Origin: Mytilus edulis
Lineage: Eukaryota
Direction: 5' to 3'
Length of the DNA: 64,000 nt
Assembly (NCBI RefSeq): GCF_963676685.1
Contig: NC_092351.1
Location: 84,382,001 to 84,446,000, forward strand
The notes under the pieces were generated by a model, which saw only the letters and a program-made list of their open reading frames with translations, searched no databases and was not told the DNA's origin. Made by a program: the position numbers and the translations under genes. How positions within the stretch are numbered: position 1 is the first letter of the stretch; each line of letters opens with the position of its first letter. This document shows positions 52,700 to 64,000 of this stretch, piece by piece.

Positions 52700-53130
52700 G
52701 TATAAATATTGGAAGCATCTTACTGTGTTTATATTTCACAACTTGTTCGCTATGCTCGTGTCTATTGTGACGCTTTTGATTTTAACGAACGCAACCTATG
52801 TATTACTGGTAAATTATTAAACCAGGGATATCGTTACCATAAATTACTTAAAACTTTTACTAAATTGTTCCATAGATATAAAGATTTGGTATTGAAGTTT
52901 GGTTGTACCTGTAGAAAACTTATTTCAAACGGGATAGCACATCCTCATGTTTACGGAAATGTTGTTAACCGTGCCCGGAAATTTAGAAATGATCCATGTA
53001 AACTTGTCGCTCCTTTAAATTAACTTATTCTAAAAGGTTACCTATTCAACACTGTAATAAGATCATTGAATATTGTTTTTATTGGTATAAATATTGATTT
53101 TGTTATCAGTAAATTAAAAGCTAACTAAAT
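52700..53130 (+). mobile_element. Penelope-like element ORF fragment (RT thumb and linker)
   Basis: SYCVYISQLVRYARV..FNERNLCITGKLLNQGYRYHKLLKTFTK is the typical PLE thumb motif YxSQLxRYAR..KLLxQGY. Confidence 0.75.
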
Positions 53131-53499
53131 ATTACTAGTATGTTATATACATATTCATGGATCTACAATCTGTCGATACCTGTGACTTGGCATTGCACAA
53201 GGTCATATTTTTCTCTAGCTGTTTATGACGTCTTTACACTGAATCCAATGGAAATCGGATGTGAACGGATTGATAGTTTAGTCTTAGATGCATGATTTTT
53301 TATTAGTTGTTAATGGCTTTGAACTAGCTGTCAGATAACTGCAAGTACTCTCTGATCTGTTCATTGTTTCTTTTTGTGTCGGGATGTATAAGTACCCGGC
53401 CACGTCCACTTGTATTTTTGTCTATATGATGAGTTAAGCCTTTTTCAACTGATTTTTATAGTTCGTTCTTATGTTGTACAGTTATACCACTGTCCCAGG

Positions 53500-53835
53500 T
53501 TAGGGTGAGGGTTGGGATCCCGCTAACATGTTAAACCCCGCCACATTATTTATGTAAGTGCCTGTTCCAAGTCAGGAGCCTGTAAATTCAGTGGTTGTCG
53601 TTTGTTTATGTGTTACATATTTGTTTTTCGTTCATTTTTTTTTACATAAATAAGGCCGTTAGTTTTCTCGTTTGAATTGTTTTACATTGTCTTATCGGGG
53701 CCTTTTATAGCTGACTATGCGGTATGGGCTTTGCTCATTGCTGAAGGCCGTACGGTGACCTATAGTTGTTAATATCTATGTCATTTTGGTCTTTTGTGGA
53801 TAGTTGTCTCATTGGCAATCATACCACATCTTCTT
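53500..53835 (-). repeat. High-copy SINE-like repeat (best-preserved copy)
   Basis: agaagatgtggtatgattgccaatgagacaact..ggtcaccgtacggcctt..; related copies at about 810-1065, 23880-23990, 46170-46310, 49852-50070, 57415-57620 and 61490-61690. Confidence 0.65.
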
Positions 53836-54290
53836 TTGTATATAAGGAGATTTTGAGGCACGCAACGTGACCATTTGTTTTTTTTTTTTGAATATGCCAA
53901 TATCTATACATGATGACATAATGGAAACAGGTGCAATTCGATAAGAATCCATGTGTTTGGTTTGGGTTTTTTTTTGCATGGTAAAACACTTCAAGTTCAA
54001 TGAAGCAATTCTGCCAGAAACATGAAAAATACATTGTTAAAGTCAATGGTAGTCAACGTCAAAGTAAAGGCATCTGCGTGCAAGTCATGGAAATGCTATG
54101 ACTCGTTGAGTTTACTATTTTTGTAAGGTCAAAGGTCCACATCTACGGTCTTTAGTTTTCGTTGTTATGTTTTACGGTCTGTGTTTTTTTTCTCTCCATA
54201 TTTTGATGTATGAGTTAAAAAAATCTTGGTATGTTTCAATTCTCTTTGCAGTTGTATGTTTATATAATCAATATTATATAATTACATAAT

Positions 54291-55894
54291 AAACCAGATG
54301 CTCCGCAGGGCGCAGCTTTATACGACCGCAGAGGTCGAACCCTGAACAGTTGGGGCAAGTATGGACACAACTTTAAAGATTGATACAGCTCTGAATTTGG
54401 ATTGTGATTAAATAGTTGACAAAACATAAGTTTCTGACACAGAATGAATGTGGTCTAAGAACTTGAACTTAAAAACTTTAAAAAATTTAAATTGGACATT
54501 TACCTATTATGGTCCAATATCAAAAATCTATATAAATGGTTAGATTCAGCGTATCATAGAACCCCAAGAATTCAATTTTTGATGAAATCAAATAATGTTT
54601 AATTTTAGACCCTTTAGACCTCAATGTGAACCAATTTGATAACCGGGCCCAAATATTTAAAAAAATCTAAATACATGGTTAGATTCAGCATATTGAGGAA
54701 CCAAATATTCAATTTTTGTTGAAATCAAAAAAAGTTTATTTTTTTACCCTTTGGACCTTAATGTAGACCAATTTGAAACCGGACAATACTGTGCAATTGA
54801 ATATTTCTTGCTATTGCGCAAAACTGTGCAATTGGAAATTTCTTGCTATTGCGCAATATTGTGCAGTTAGATATTTATTGCTATTGCGCAATACTGTGCA
54901 ATTGAAGATTTCTTGCTATTGCACAATACTGTGCAATTAAAGATTTCTTGCTATTGCGCAATACTGTGCAATCGAAAATTTCTTGCTATTGCACAATACT
55001 GTGCAATTGAAGATTTCTTGCTATTGCTGAATGCTGTGCAATTGAAAATTTCTTGCTATTGAACAATACTTAATATAATAATTTTGGACCCCGATTTGGA
55101 CCAACTTGAAAACTGGGCCAATAATAAAAAATCTAAGTACATGTTTAAATTCAGCAGATCAAAGAACCCCAAGAATTCAATTGTTGTTAAAATTAAGCTA
55201 AGTTTAATTTTGGACCCTTTGGACCTTAATGTAGACCAATTTGAAAACAGGACCAAAAATTAAGAATCTGAATAAACGGTTAGATTTGGCATATCAAAGC
55301 ACCACAATAAATCATTTTTTGATGGAATCAAACAAAGTTTAATTTTGGACCCTTTTGGCCCCTAAATCGTTGGGACCAAAACTCCCAAAATCAATCCAAA
55401 CCTTCCTTTTGTGGTCATAAACCTTGTGTTAAAATTTCATAGATTTCTTTTAACTTATACTAAAGTTATTGTGTAAAAACCAAGAATAATAGTGCTTATT
55501 TGGGACCTGTTCTTGACCCCTTATTCCTAAACTGTTGGGACTTAAACTCCAAAAATCAATCCCAAACTTCTGTTTGTGGTCATAAACCTTATGTTATAAT
55601 TTCATAGATTTCTGTTAACTTATGCTAAAGTTATTGTTCGAAAACCAAAAAAAATGCATATTTTGGCCCCTTTTTGGCTCCTAATTCCTAAACTGTTGGA
55701 ACCAAAACACCCAAAATCAATCACAACCTTCCTTCTATGGTCATAAACCTTGTGTCTAAATTTCATAGATTTCTGTTTACTTTTAATTAAGTTAGAGTGC
55801 GAAAACCAAATGTCTTCGGACGACGACGACGACGACGACGCCAACGTGATACCAATATACGACCAAAAACTTTTCAATGTTTGCGGTCGTATAA
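54291..55894 (+). mobile_element. Helentron/DINE-1-like element with subterminal inverted repeats and internal tandem repeats
   Basis: ttatacgaccgca (54318-54330) / tgcggtcgtataa (55882-55894), 3' hairpin atacgacc..ggtcgtat, (GAC)n tract, several internal repeat blocks. Confidence 0.75.
54785..55070. repeat. 35-bp minisatellite, about 8 copies
   Basis: Unit caatactgtgcaattgaagatttcttgctattgcg, head to tail with no spacers. Confidence 0.9.
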
Positions 55895-55919
55895 TAAAAT
55901 TGACGGTACTAATTTTCTT

Positions 55920-55963
55920 GCACCAGATGCGCATTTCGACAATACATGTCTCTTCAGTGATGC
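55920..55963 (-). ncRNA. Type I hammerhead ribozyme
   Basis: Reverse complement gcatcaCTGAAGAgacatgtattgtcGAAAtgcgcaTCtggtgc, core intact. Confidence 0.9.
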
Positions 55964-56269
55964 TCGTGGCCAAAATATTTGAAATCCAAAGCTTATATAA
56001 AAGATGAAGAGCTATAATCCAAAAGGTCCAAAAAGTATAGCCAAATCCGTGAAAGGAATCAGAGCTTTGCATGAGGGAGATTCATTCCTTAATTTATAAT
56101 AATTTCTAATATTTTCTAACAGGAAATTTTAATAACACAAAAAATCCGTATTTTCATGCCAGTACCGAAGTACTGGCTACTGGGCTGGTGATACCCTCGG
56201 GGACTAATAGTCCACCAGCAGAGGCATCGACCCAGTGGTAGTAATAAAATTGACGGTACTAATTTTCTT

Positions 56270-56313
56270 GCACCAGATGCGCATTTCGACAATACATGTC
56301 TCTTCAGTGATGC
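56270..56313 (-). ncRNA. Type I hammerhead ribozyme
   Basis: Identical to 55920-55963. Confidence 0.9.
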
Positions 56314-56619
56314 TCGTGGCCAAAATATTTGAAATCCAAAGCTTATATAAAAGATGAAGAGCTATAATCCAAAAGGTCCAAAAAGTATAGCCAAATCCGT
56401 GAAAGGAATCAGAGCTTTGCATGAGGGAGATTCATTCCTTAATTTATAATAATTTCTAATATTTTCTAACAGGAAATTTTAATAACACAAAAAATCCGTA
56501 TTTTCATGCCAGTACCGAAGTACTGGCTACTGGGCTGGTGATACCCTCGGGGACTAATAGTCCACCAGCAGAGGCATCGACCCAGTGGTAGTAATAAAAT
56601 TGACGGTACTAATTTTCTT

Positions 56620-56663
56620 GCACCAGATGCGCATTTCGACAATACATGTCTCTTCAGTGATGC
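56620..56663 (-). ncRNA. Type I hammerhead ribozyme
   Basis: Identical to 55920-55963. Confidence 0.9.
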
Positions 56664-59600
56664 TCGTGGCCAAAATATTTGAAATCCAAAGCTTATATAA
56701 AAGATGAAGAGCTATAATCCAAAAGGTCCAAAAAGTATAGCCAAATCCGTGAAAGGAATCAGAGCTTTGCATGAGGGAGATTCATTCCTTAATTTATAAT
56801 AATTTCTAATATTTTCTAACAGGAAATTTTAATAACACAAAAAATCCGTATTTTCATGCCAGTACCGAAGTACTGGCTACTGGGCTGGTGATACCCTCGG
56901 GGACTAATAGTCCACCAGCAGAGGTATAAAATCGTATCATTTCTTTTATTACTAGAATTAAAGATGATACGTCCCTTTAGTTAATAATTATGGAGTACGA
57001 CAAAAGAAACCAGAGTGACAGTCAAACTGGCTCATAGATCGAGAAGAAACTGACAACGTCATGGCTAAAGACAAACAGGCAAATAATAGTACAGAAGACA
57101 CACCATAGAAAACTAAAGACTAAACAAAACGAACCCCACCAAAAACTGTATAATTGAAACGAATTTTGTTTTTACTTTACTGGACTTAATATTGTTCAGT
57201 AGGTGATTGAAAACAGATTAATATGTTTAAGGTAAATGAATTTCATATTCAGGAGGAACGGTTACTTGATTGAATGAAGTGGCTTTTGTTTCGTTGCTCT
57301 TATATCAACAAGTTTGCACTTGAAGGTAGTTTCTCAATAAACTATGTTAAAGACGTCCGTACTTTCAACATAATTTATACTTAACGCAAGTATCGGACGT
57401 CTAAATACATAAACAAAAAGAAGATGTGGTATGATTATCAATGTGACAACTTCCCACAAGAGACCAATATAACACAGAAATTAACATATATAGGTTGCCG
57501 TTCGGCCACCAACAATAAGCAAAGCCAATACCGGATAGTCAGCTACAAAAGGCCCCGAAATGACAATGTCAAACAATTCATATGAGAAAACTAACATCTT
57601 AATTTATGTACAAAAATTAATCTTTAAAGAGTGTAGGTTGGAGTCAGAAAATTCTGACTGTAGTGCTACCTTAAAAGGATTTTTAACCTGTTCTTCAACG
57701 TAGGATATTTCTTGATTTCTAAAAGGTTGATGCAGCTGTTACATATGTTTTATTTTAAAAAATCAAGTATATTAAAGTTTGTTGTTAAGGAATCGTGTAT
57801 GAAACAGAAACTAATAGATATAAGTAACGAAAAAGTATTACCTGCCATTTTGGTTGTAAATTCTAACTTTTATTAACACAGACCTGGTGACGGGGATTTC
57901 CCTAAAATCTACTTTCGTTTGTACTAAATTTTCATATGCAATTGATTGTTAAAAGTAGATTACCTGGTAAATACATTATAATGATATAATGATATAATAG
58001 ACATGTATAACATGTACATCCTGTGACGGATATGATAATTGAAGTGATTTAAGATATCGATTATACACTAATCATTTGCACAACTAATGATAAAATTTCA
58101 ATAATAGATTTAATTTGCTTTTTGTAAGTGAATCGATTTAACGAAATTATTGTAATTATTTCCTTGGTGTTGTTTTTTTCTTTCTTTTTAATATTATTTG
58201 TTAACTGTTACTAAACTTGTACGTATATGTGATTATTTTCAAAAGGTTGGAAGCTACACTTTCGATAGTGTTATATTTAAAAGAAATCGTAATCACACAC
58301 AAACAAATCAGATGTCTACAAACACAATTAACAAGTCAAAAACAGGAACAACAATACGATGGTCTTCCGATTTCCTGAGTTAAGCAATTTGCAGTTTATT
58401 TTTCTTCTAAGTATGTGATTTTACACCACTGTTCTATTATAAGAGCATGGAGCGCTCACACACACGATTTATACTCCCACATTAAATATATGTATATACC
58501 TTCCCCAAATTAGAAGCATGCATTTCATTGGTTCTAGTTGGTTCATGCCTGTCATAAACGTTTTTGGTCCGGCCATACGTTTTCTCACCTGAAATGCTGA
58601 AATGCTGAATTTAATTGTTTGTTACCGGTGACTTGTATAGCCTACTGTACGATATGGGTTTTTCTCATTGTTAAAGGTCGTTAGTTGACCTTTGATTGTT
58701 TTTATCTTCATAATTTTTCTCTGATGATTTATTGTTTCTTTGGATATCATCTCTTTATTTCAATGTGGATAGTATTGGTATCAAACTTATCTTGTAAATA
58801 CTGGCTTAAGAAATCAGAACATTGTGTTCGGGTTGGTTATAATAGCGTGGGGTACGGGTTTGAAACGTCTGCTAAGTTGTTGCATATGCATTAATTCATA
58901 AAAAAACACTGCACGTGTAGCCCAATAAAAATGTAGAAGTGTAGATTTGAAGCGTTATTTAAGATACAAGAACAGTAAAATGGCAGCATTTTAGCAGTAC
59001 AGTTCTAAAGGTTAATACACCATGCGAGTAAAATACTATATATATAATTATATATATAAACTCGTCATAGATACCAGGACTAAATTTTGTATATAGTATG
59101 CTGGAATAATCGTTTATTCTTGCGTCAAGCAATAGCAGTAAAATGTCGATTAACGTGGACAGTTATTATTATTAGAGTCCAGAAATTCGTCGTGGTTTTG
59201 GTTACATTTGTCATGGTTTAGATCAAAATTAATACATCTTTGTAGCACCTTAATATTGATAGTTTGTATGAATGCGATTGTGAAAAATTCAAGTAACACG
59301 TTTGACTAATTGACGAAGGAGGGAAAAAGTCTTTTGACCAAATTCGGTGGGTGTAAGCGGCAAAATGGCCTGCCAAATCGTAAATTGATATATTTGTTTA
59401 CCCCACGTAATGCATTTCAGGGTCAATAGAAATATTTGGCGTTTGTATTTTCGTCCGTCCGTCTGTGCGTTCATCCGTTCGGTCTCACGTTTACAATTAA
59501 TATGTTTTTGTCGGATTTTTCATGAAACGTGTGTCATAAATTTTTATAACAGTTTTTTTTTTAAATTGCATTGTTAGCACTCTTAAATGTACAATTCTTG

Positions 59601-59855
59601 CCAGAATTTTATGGAACATACATCATAAGTTTATATTAGCAATGCCTCGGACGAATTCAAAAATCAGTGCCAATCAATTAATTTTCAAAGAGTGGTGTTC
59701 CTTAGAAATATAATGATATGGAGAACTGCATTTTAGGCGCTCTCGTATGTAAATTCATACCCAAATTTTATGAAAGTTTAATCATAGGTTGATATAAGCG
59801 ATATTTTGGACTGATTCGAAAATTAGTACCGAAAGATTATTATTTGACTATCTAA

Positions 59856-60725
59856 AGCTGCGGTCACACCTACCAGATAGCTCTAACGGACGCCGAACTG
59901 ATAAAAAAAAAGATTTCCGTAAACAAAATTGTCTCAATTGGGTGTCCAATGGTATACTGACCAAATAAAACGGACGGGTGACGAATGCCTAAAGGACACT
60001 TACAGGATATGCAACGTACGAGAAACGGAAACTTAACAGACAGAACGGACGTCAAATGTACATCCAACGGACGAGTACCGTATAACACGGACACCTAACG
60101 AAAGCGTTCCAGATAAAAGGATGAACAAGATAACCGGAAAATTAAACTGAGCGATGATTATAATACATAACTTTCATGACTAAGAAATGATGTTGCCCAC
60201 CTCCTTCGTCTTATCATTCTTGTCCTTTCGACAACTAGTAGGTTTATATTTGAAACATTTAAGTTCAGTCGGACCTGAATAAGAGATGGTCGATAATGAA
60301 GACACGCTCTTACATTAAGATCCAAGCATGAGTAATAGACATTTATGACACTCAAGAAATCTGACCTTTCAATAATTGTCATTTCTGAGTGATGCGAAAT
60401 TTTCAATTGGCATTTATCCGTTTTGCTTTTGGTAGGTATTCCGTTCATGTCCGTTTCCCATCCGTTTTATCCGTTATAAGTCCGAAAGAAATGCGTTGGT
60501 GAATTTGTCTACTGGATCTCCAACGAATCTATAACGGACAATTAAAGAATACAAAACGGAAACAGAAAGGACGAGTACAGTACAAAACGGACGCCTACGG
60601 ACGCTAAGCGGACATGAACCAGATATGGACTGACGTTTAACGGGCCTGAACGGATTGAAAAAAGTTATCCGTTCGGCATCCGTTCGGCATCCGTTCGAGC
60701 TATCTGTTAAGGTGTGACCGAAGTT
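59856..60725. mobile_element. PIF/Harbinger-like MITE
   Basis: Imperfect TIRs of about 43 bp (agctgcggtcacacctaccagatagctc.. / ..gagctatctgttaaggtgtgaccgaagtt), TAA on both flanks (59853-59855 and 60726-60728), subterminal aacgga repeats. Confidence 0.8.
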
Positions 60726-61180
60726 TAACTGTTACGTTTTGCAACTCTAATTTGACGTTAGTATTATTTCTCACGATAATCATCTCCGGCATCTTAGGTC
60801 CACCTACCTAGAAATGATACGGTCCATGATACAATAACTCAACTATAAAATTAAACAAACCATATCGAGAGGACACCATAATGTCTTCAAATATCAGTTT
60901 AAACTTATTCATGTAGTAAACTGTAGGTGTCATTAATATGAAAATTGATTTCAAAGTGTTTACGATAAAAAGTATGAATTAGAAAAAGGTCCATAATGTC
61001 TATTTAAACGAACGAATAAAAGTGAATATGTTTTTTTTAACTCGTTAGATTAATTTTTCTTGTACATGTGTTGTATGCCATAAAGTTCTGATATAAAAAA
61101 AAGCTCTGTCGGTTAAGTATTAAGTATGACAAAATGTACATTATTACATGGTCTACAGTCTGTGATACACTGGCTTTTGT

Positions 61181-61483
61181 TTTATGCCCCAACTAAGATG
61201 ATAGAGGGGCATTATGTTTTCTGGTATGTGCGTCCGTCTGTTCGTTCGTTCGTTCGTTCGTCCGTTGGTCCGTCTGTCCCGTTTCAGGTTATTGTTTTTG
61301 GTCAAGATAGTTTTGATGAAGTTGAGGTCCAATCAACTTCAAACTTAGTATACCTGTTCCCTATGATATGATCTTTTTTATTTTAATGCCAAATTAGAGT
61401 GTTTATCCAAATTTCACGGTCAACTTAACACAGAAAATGATAGTGCGAGTGGGGCATCCGTGTACTATGGACACATTCTTGTT
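61181..61483 (-). mobile_element. Helentron/DINE-1-like (Pearl/CvA-type) element
   Basis: Reverse-complement copy of 39646-39964. Confidence 0.75.
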
Positions 61484-61578
61484 CACTATGTATTATATTT
61501 ATTTTTTGGTTTTGTTTTGTACATAAGTCAGGCTGTAAATTTTCTTATTTCAATGGTTGTATCTTTAATGTTGTCGGA

Positions 61579-61747
61579 GCCTTTAATTACTCACTAAAAG
61601 GTACGATTTTTTTAATTGTTGATGGGCGTACGGTGTGATTTCCAATTGAGGCAACTATCCACCATAGGACAAATGACGCAAATGTTAGGTCACCGTACGC
61701 CCATCAACAATTAAAAAAATCGTACCTTTTAGTGAGTAATTAAAGGC
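61579..61747. repeat. Perfect 57-bp inverted repeat with a 55-bp spacer
   Basis: 61579-61635 is the exact reverse complement of 61691-61747. Confidence 0.92.
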
Positions 61748-62367
61748 ATTTTGTGTATGTCTGTGTGCTTTCTTATGTCATAGTGTATAAAACATGCTGT
61801 TATTGAAATTCATTTATTATATACTACTCTAGTGGTCTCTTTATATGTGCTTGTTCTATAATTATAATCATGATAAATCTTAGTTTTACTATATTATTAA
61901 TAGGTGTAGTCTTGGGAGTAAAGGATCATCTGTAACATTTAAAAAAAACTCAAATCTCCTCGTCTGGGTAGAAAACAATAACATTAGAAAATAATATGGA
62001 CTCTATATAAAATGAAGGGTTAAACACGAAAAAATTATCAACGAAAATGTTGTTAAACAGTATTTTAATGCATGATGTCTTTTAATTTTGATCGTTACAC
62101 TTCCATCATGCACGAAAGGAATCACATAACTGAACCATAACGTACATGAACTTAACCATGACACTAGTGAATTAAACCATGACACCGAATTTTCTGTAAT
62201 CTTACATTGTGTGTAAATGTAGGCTTTTTTTAGGACTAATTGACTGCAGATTTATACCATAACGAAATATGGGATCTAACAGATCTAACAGTAAAAAAAT
62301 AACTGCACTTTATGCATTAGAAACGAACAACAACATTTGACATACCCAAGCTTTATTCTGTATCTAC

Positions 62368-63250
62368 CTATAATCTGATTCACTAACAGTATCTCATCTT
62401 CATCTCCCTTATGGTTTTCTAGACAATTTATGCTTCTCATTAACAATCGAAGACTATCATCAAAGTTTTTTTCCCCCTCAAAATCAATTTCGCTCTCAGT
62501 TGAGACACCTTGGGTATTTAAGTACAGTTTCAATTGACTATCCACTGTTGGATGGACGTTCAAGAAGGAGATCATACTATTGCAGTTAGTTAACTGTTCA
62601 GAAAGAATACAACATGCTCTTGCATTTTAAAGAAATCTACTTAAGTAATCTTTTCTTGTAACTAGTTTCGATTCTATTCTTTGGAAAGCAATATCATATT
62701 TATCAAGAAGTCTTTTAATATTTCTATCATATAAGGGGAACACGTTTCTGTGGAAGTTATCTCTTTCCTCTTGTAGAGTACAAGTAGTCTTTTGGACATT
62801 TTGTAGTATAGATTTGACACGCAATATTTGCGTTCGGATGGATTCTACGTCAATACACAAATCTTTTTTTCTCTTTTTGAATGCTTCTTCGATGTCTTCT
62901 AGAGCATGTTTACTGATTTCTCTATGATCCTCGAGTGCACACGAAGGACACAGAACACATTGATATAATGCCGAATTGCAGAAATATTTCAATTTCTCCC
63001 GCTAATGATCAGGATTCTGAAAACATCAAGGTTGTCTTCTTCCTCTTCGAATGACACATAATTGTTAGCAACTAAACTGTGCGATTTGTTTTCGGTTCTG
63101 TGTTGTTGCCGACACAATTCACAAAAAATCCATCTTACACTGTTGACATGTATGAGTATCATCCACAGTACGACAACATTCGCAGCAATTTTTTAAGCTA
63201 TTACGATATGAGTGAGTCTGCAAAAATGATGTTAATTGTCTTCTTGTGTC
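62368..63250 (-). pseudogene. TRIM paralogue D (close to copy B): B-box/coiled-coil exon remnant, RING absent here
   Basis: Colinear with about 13549-14430 (..TRRQLTSFLQTHSYRN..EILLVNQIIG|gt). Frameshifts near 63000-63120 and TAA at 62627-62629. The 5' end abuts a LINE fragment. Confidence 0.9.
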
Positions 63251-63702
63251 ACCAAACCCTAAACATTTTAAAGTTTTGCATATAAAGTTCCACTCCAAAG
63301 AATCGAAAGCTTTTTCAATGTCCAACAAGACAAGAAAGCCAGGCATATCTTCCTCATCAACTTTTTGTAACACGTGTAGACTCACCAATATATCTGCATG
63401 TCATAAAGCCGGTTTGAGTTTTAATAATTAAGTGATCAAGGACGTTTTTAAATTCTATTTGCAATACATGTTGATACTTTTCTAAAGTCTACATTACGTA
63501 GTGAAATAGGTCGCCATTTTTTTAGAAAATGTTTGGGTTTTCCGTCTTTGGGTAGACAGGTGATAACTTGTGTTTGCGAAATTGATAATTTACCTATCTT
63601 AAATGATTCTTTGAAAGAAAACAGCAGGAAAGGATAAATGTCGGGACAATTTTGTTTTATAAAATTCAGTGGTATAACCATCCAAACCAGGATATTTTTC
63701 AT
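63251..63702 (-). mobile_element. L1/Tx1-clade LINE reverse transcriptase fragment
   Basis: ITCLPKDGKPKHFLKKWRPISLRNVDFRKVSTCIANRI and LVLLDIEKAFDSLEWNFI (RT motifs 1-3). Confidence 0.88.
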
Positions 63703-63894
63703 GGTGACACAATAGTGAAATGGTTCACACCCCTGTACTATAACTCAAAAAGTTGTATCCAAATGGCGGCTATCTATCTGAATTTTTTTGTAAAAGAGAG
63801 GGGGTTAGACATGTTTGGAACTGCTTAGTGCATCAATAAAATATGATAACAATATTAATGGTATAAAGATAAAAGATTCTGAATTTTTACTCAG

Positions 63895-63897
<3 letters not shown>

Positions 63898-63942
<45 letters not shown>
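63898..63942. repeat. (TA)n microsatellite
   Basis: About 22 uninterrupted TA units. Confidence 0.95.
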
Positions 63943-63945
<3 letters not shown>

Positions 63946-64000
63946 TGATGATTCAACTTTGAACCTGGACGATAGTGAAGAATCTCTAGAAAAAAAACAA

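Larger units (their letters stand above)
55892..56924 (-). mobile_element. Non-LTR retrozyme tandem array, about 2.95 x 350-bp units, units apparently identical
   Basis: Reverse complement of the 5561-7293 family, period 350. gtataa is duplicated at 55889-55894 and 56924-56929. Confidence 0.9.

Noticed and set aside
54785-55070. 35-bp repeats as a CRISPR array
   Set aside because: No unique spacers, no cas genes, and a eukaryotic context. It is a minisatellite inside a transposon.
43238-62368. Splice fusion of the TRIM-D RBCC exon (phase-1 donor) to the cGLR exon (phase-1 acceptor)
   Set aside because: The phases are compatible, but TRIM-D has stops upstream of its donor, the gap is 19 kb, and a better dedicated first exon exists at 45598-45622.

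Overview
AT-rich eukaryotic genomic DNA. The repeat families and gene types fit a bivalve, probably a mytilid mussel (inference). The window is an innate-immunity cluster with all genes on the minus strand. (1) Four tandem paralogues of an unusual TRIM gene: RING - B-box1 - B-box2 - coiled coil, then a symmetric exon with hydrophobic segments around an Arg-rich stretch, then an exon with two PRY-SPRY/B30.2-like repeats and a hydrophobic C-terminal tail. Copy B (10250-14668, 931 aa) is intact. Copy C has a frameshift in the middle exon and a RING Cys>Phe change. Copies A and D are pseudogenes. (2) One intact cGAS-like receptor gene (Mab-21 nucleotidyltransferase plus C-terminal TPR, about 748 aa) lies between copies D and C. 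(3) Two young arrays of a 350-bp repeat (5561-7293 +, 55892-56924 -) carry one type I hammerhead ribozyme per unit, i.e. non-LTR retrozymes, and the two arrays share the same ends. There is also a decayed array of a sister family, a solitary hammerhead of a third family, and Penelope-like RT relics. (4) A full-length but decayed BEL/Pao LTR retrotransposon (15368-22504, TSD TGCAG), plus many MITE, Helentron-like, SINE-like and LINE fragments. Exon boundaries, ribozyme folds and alignments were derived by eye; no database search was run.
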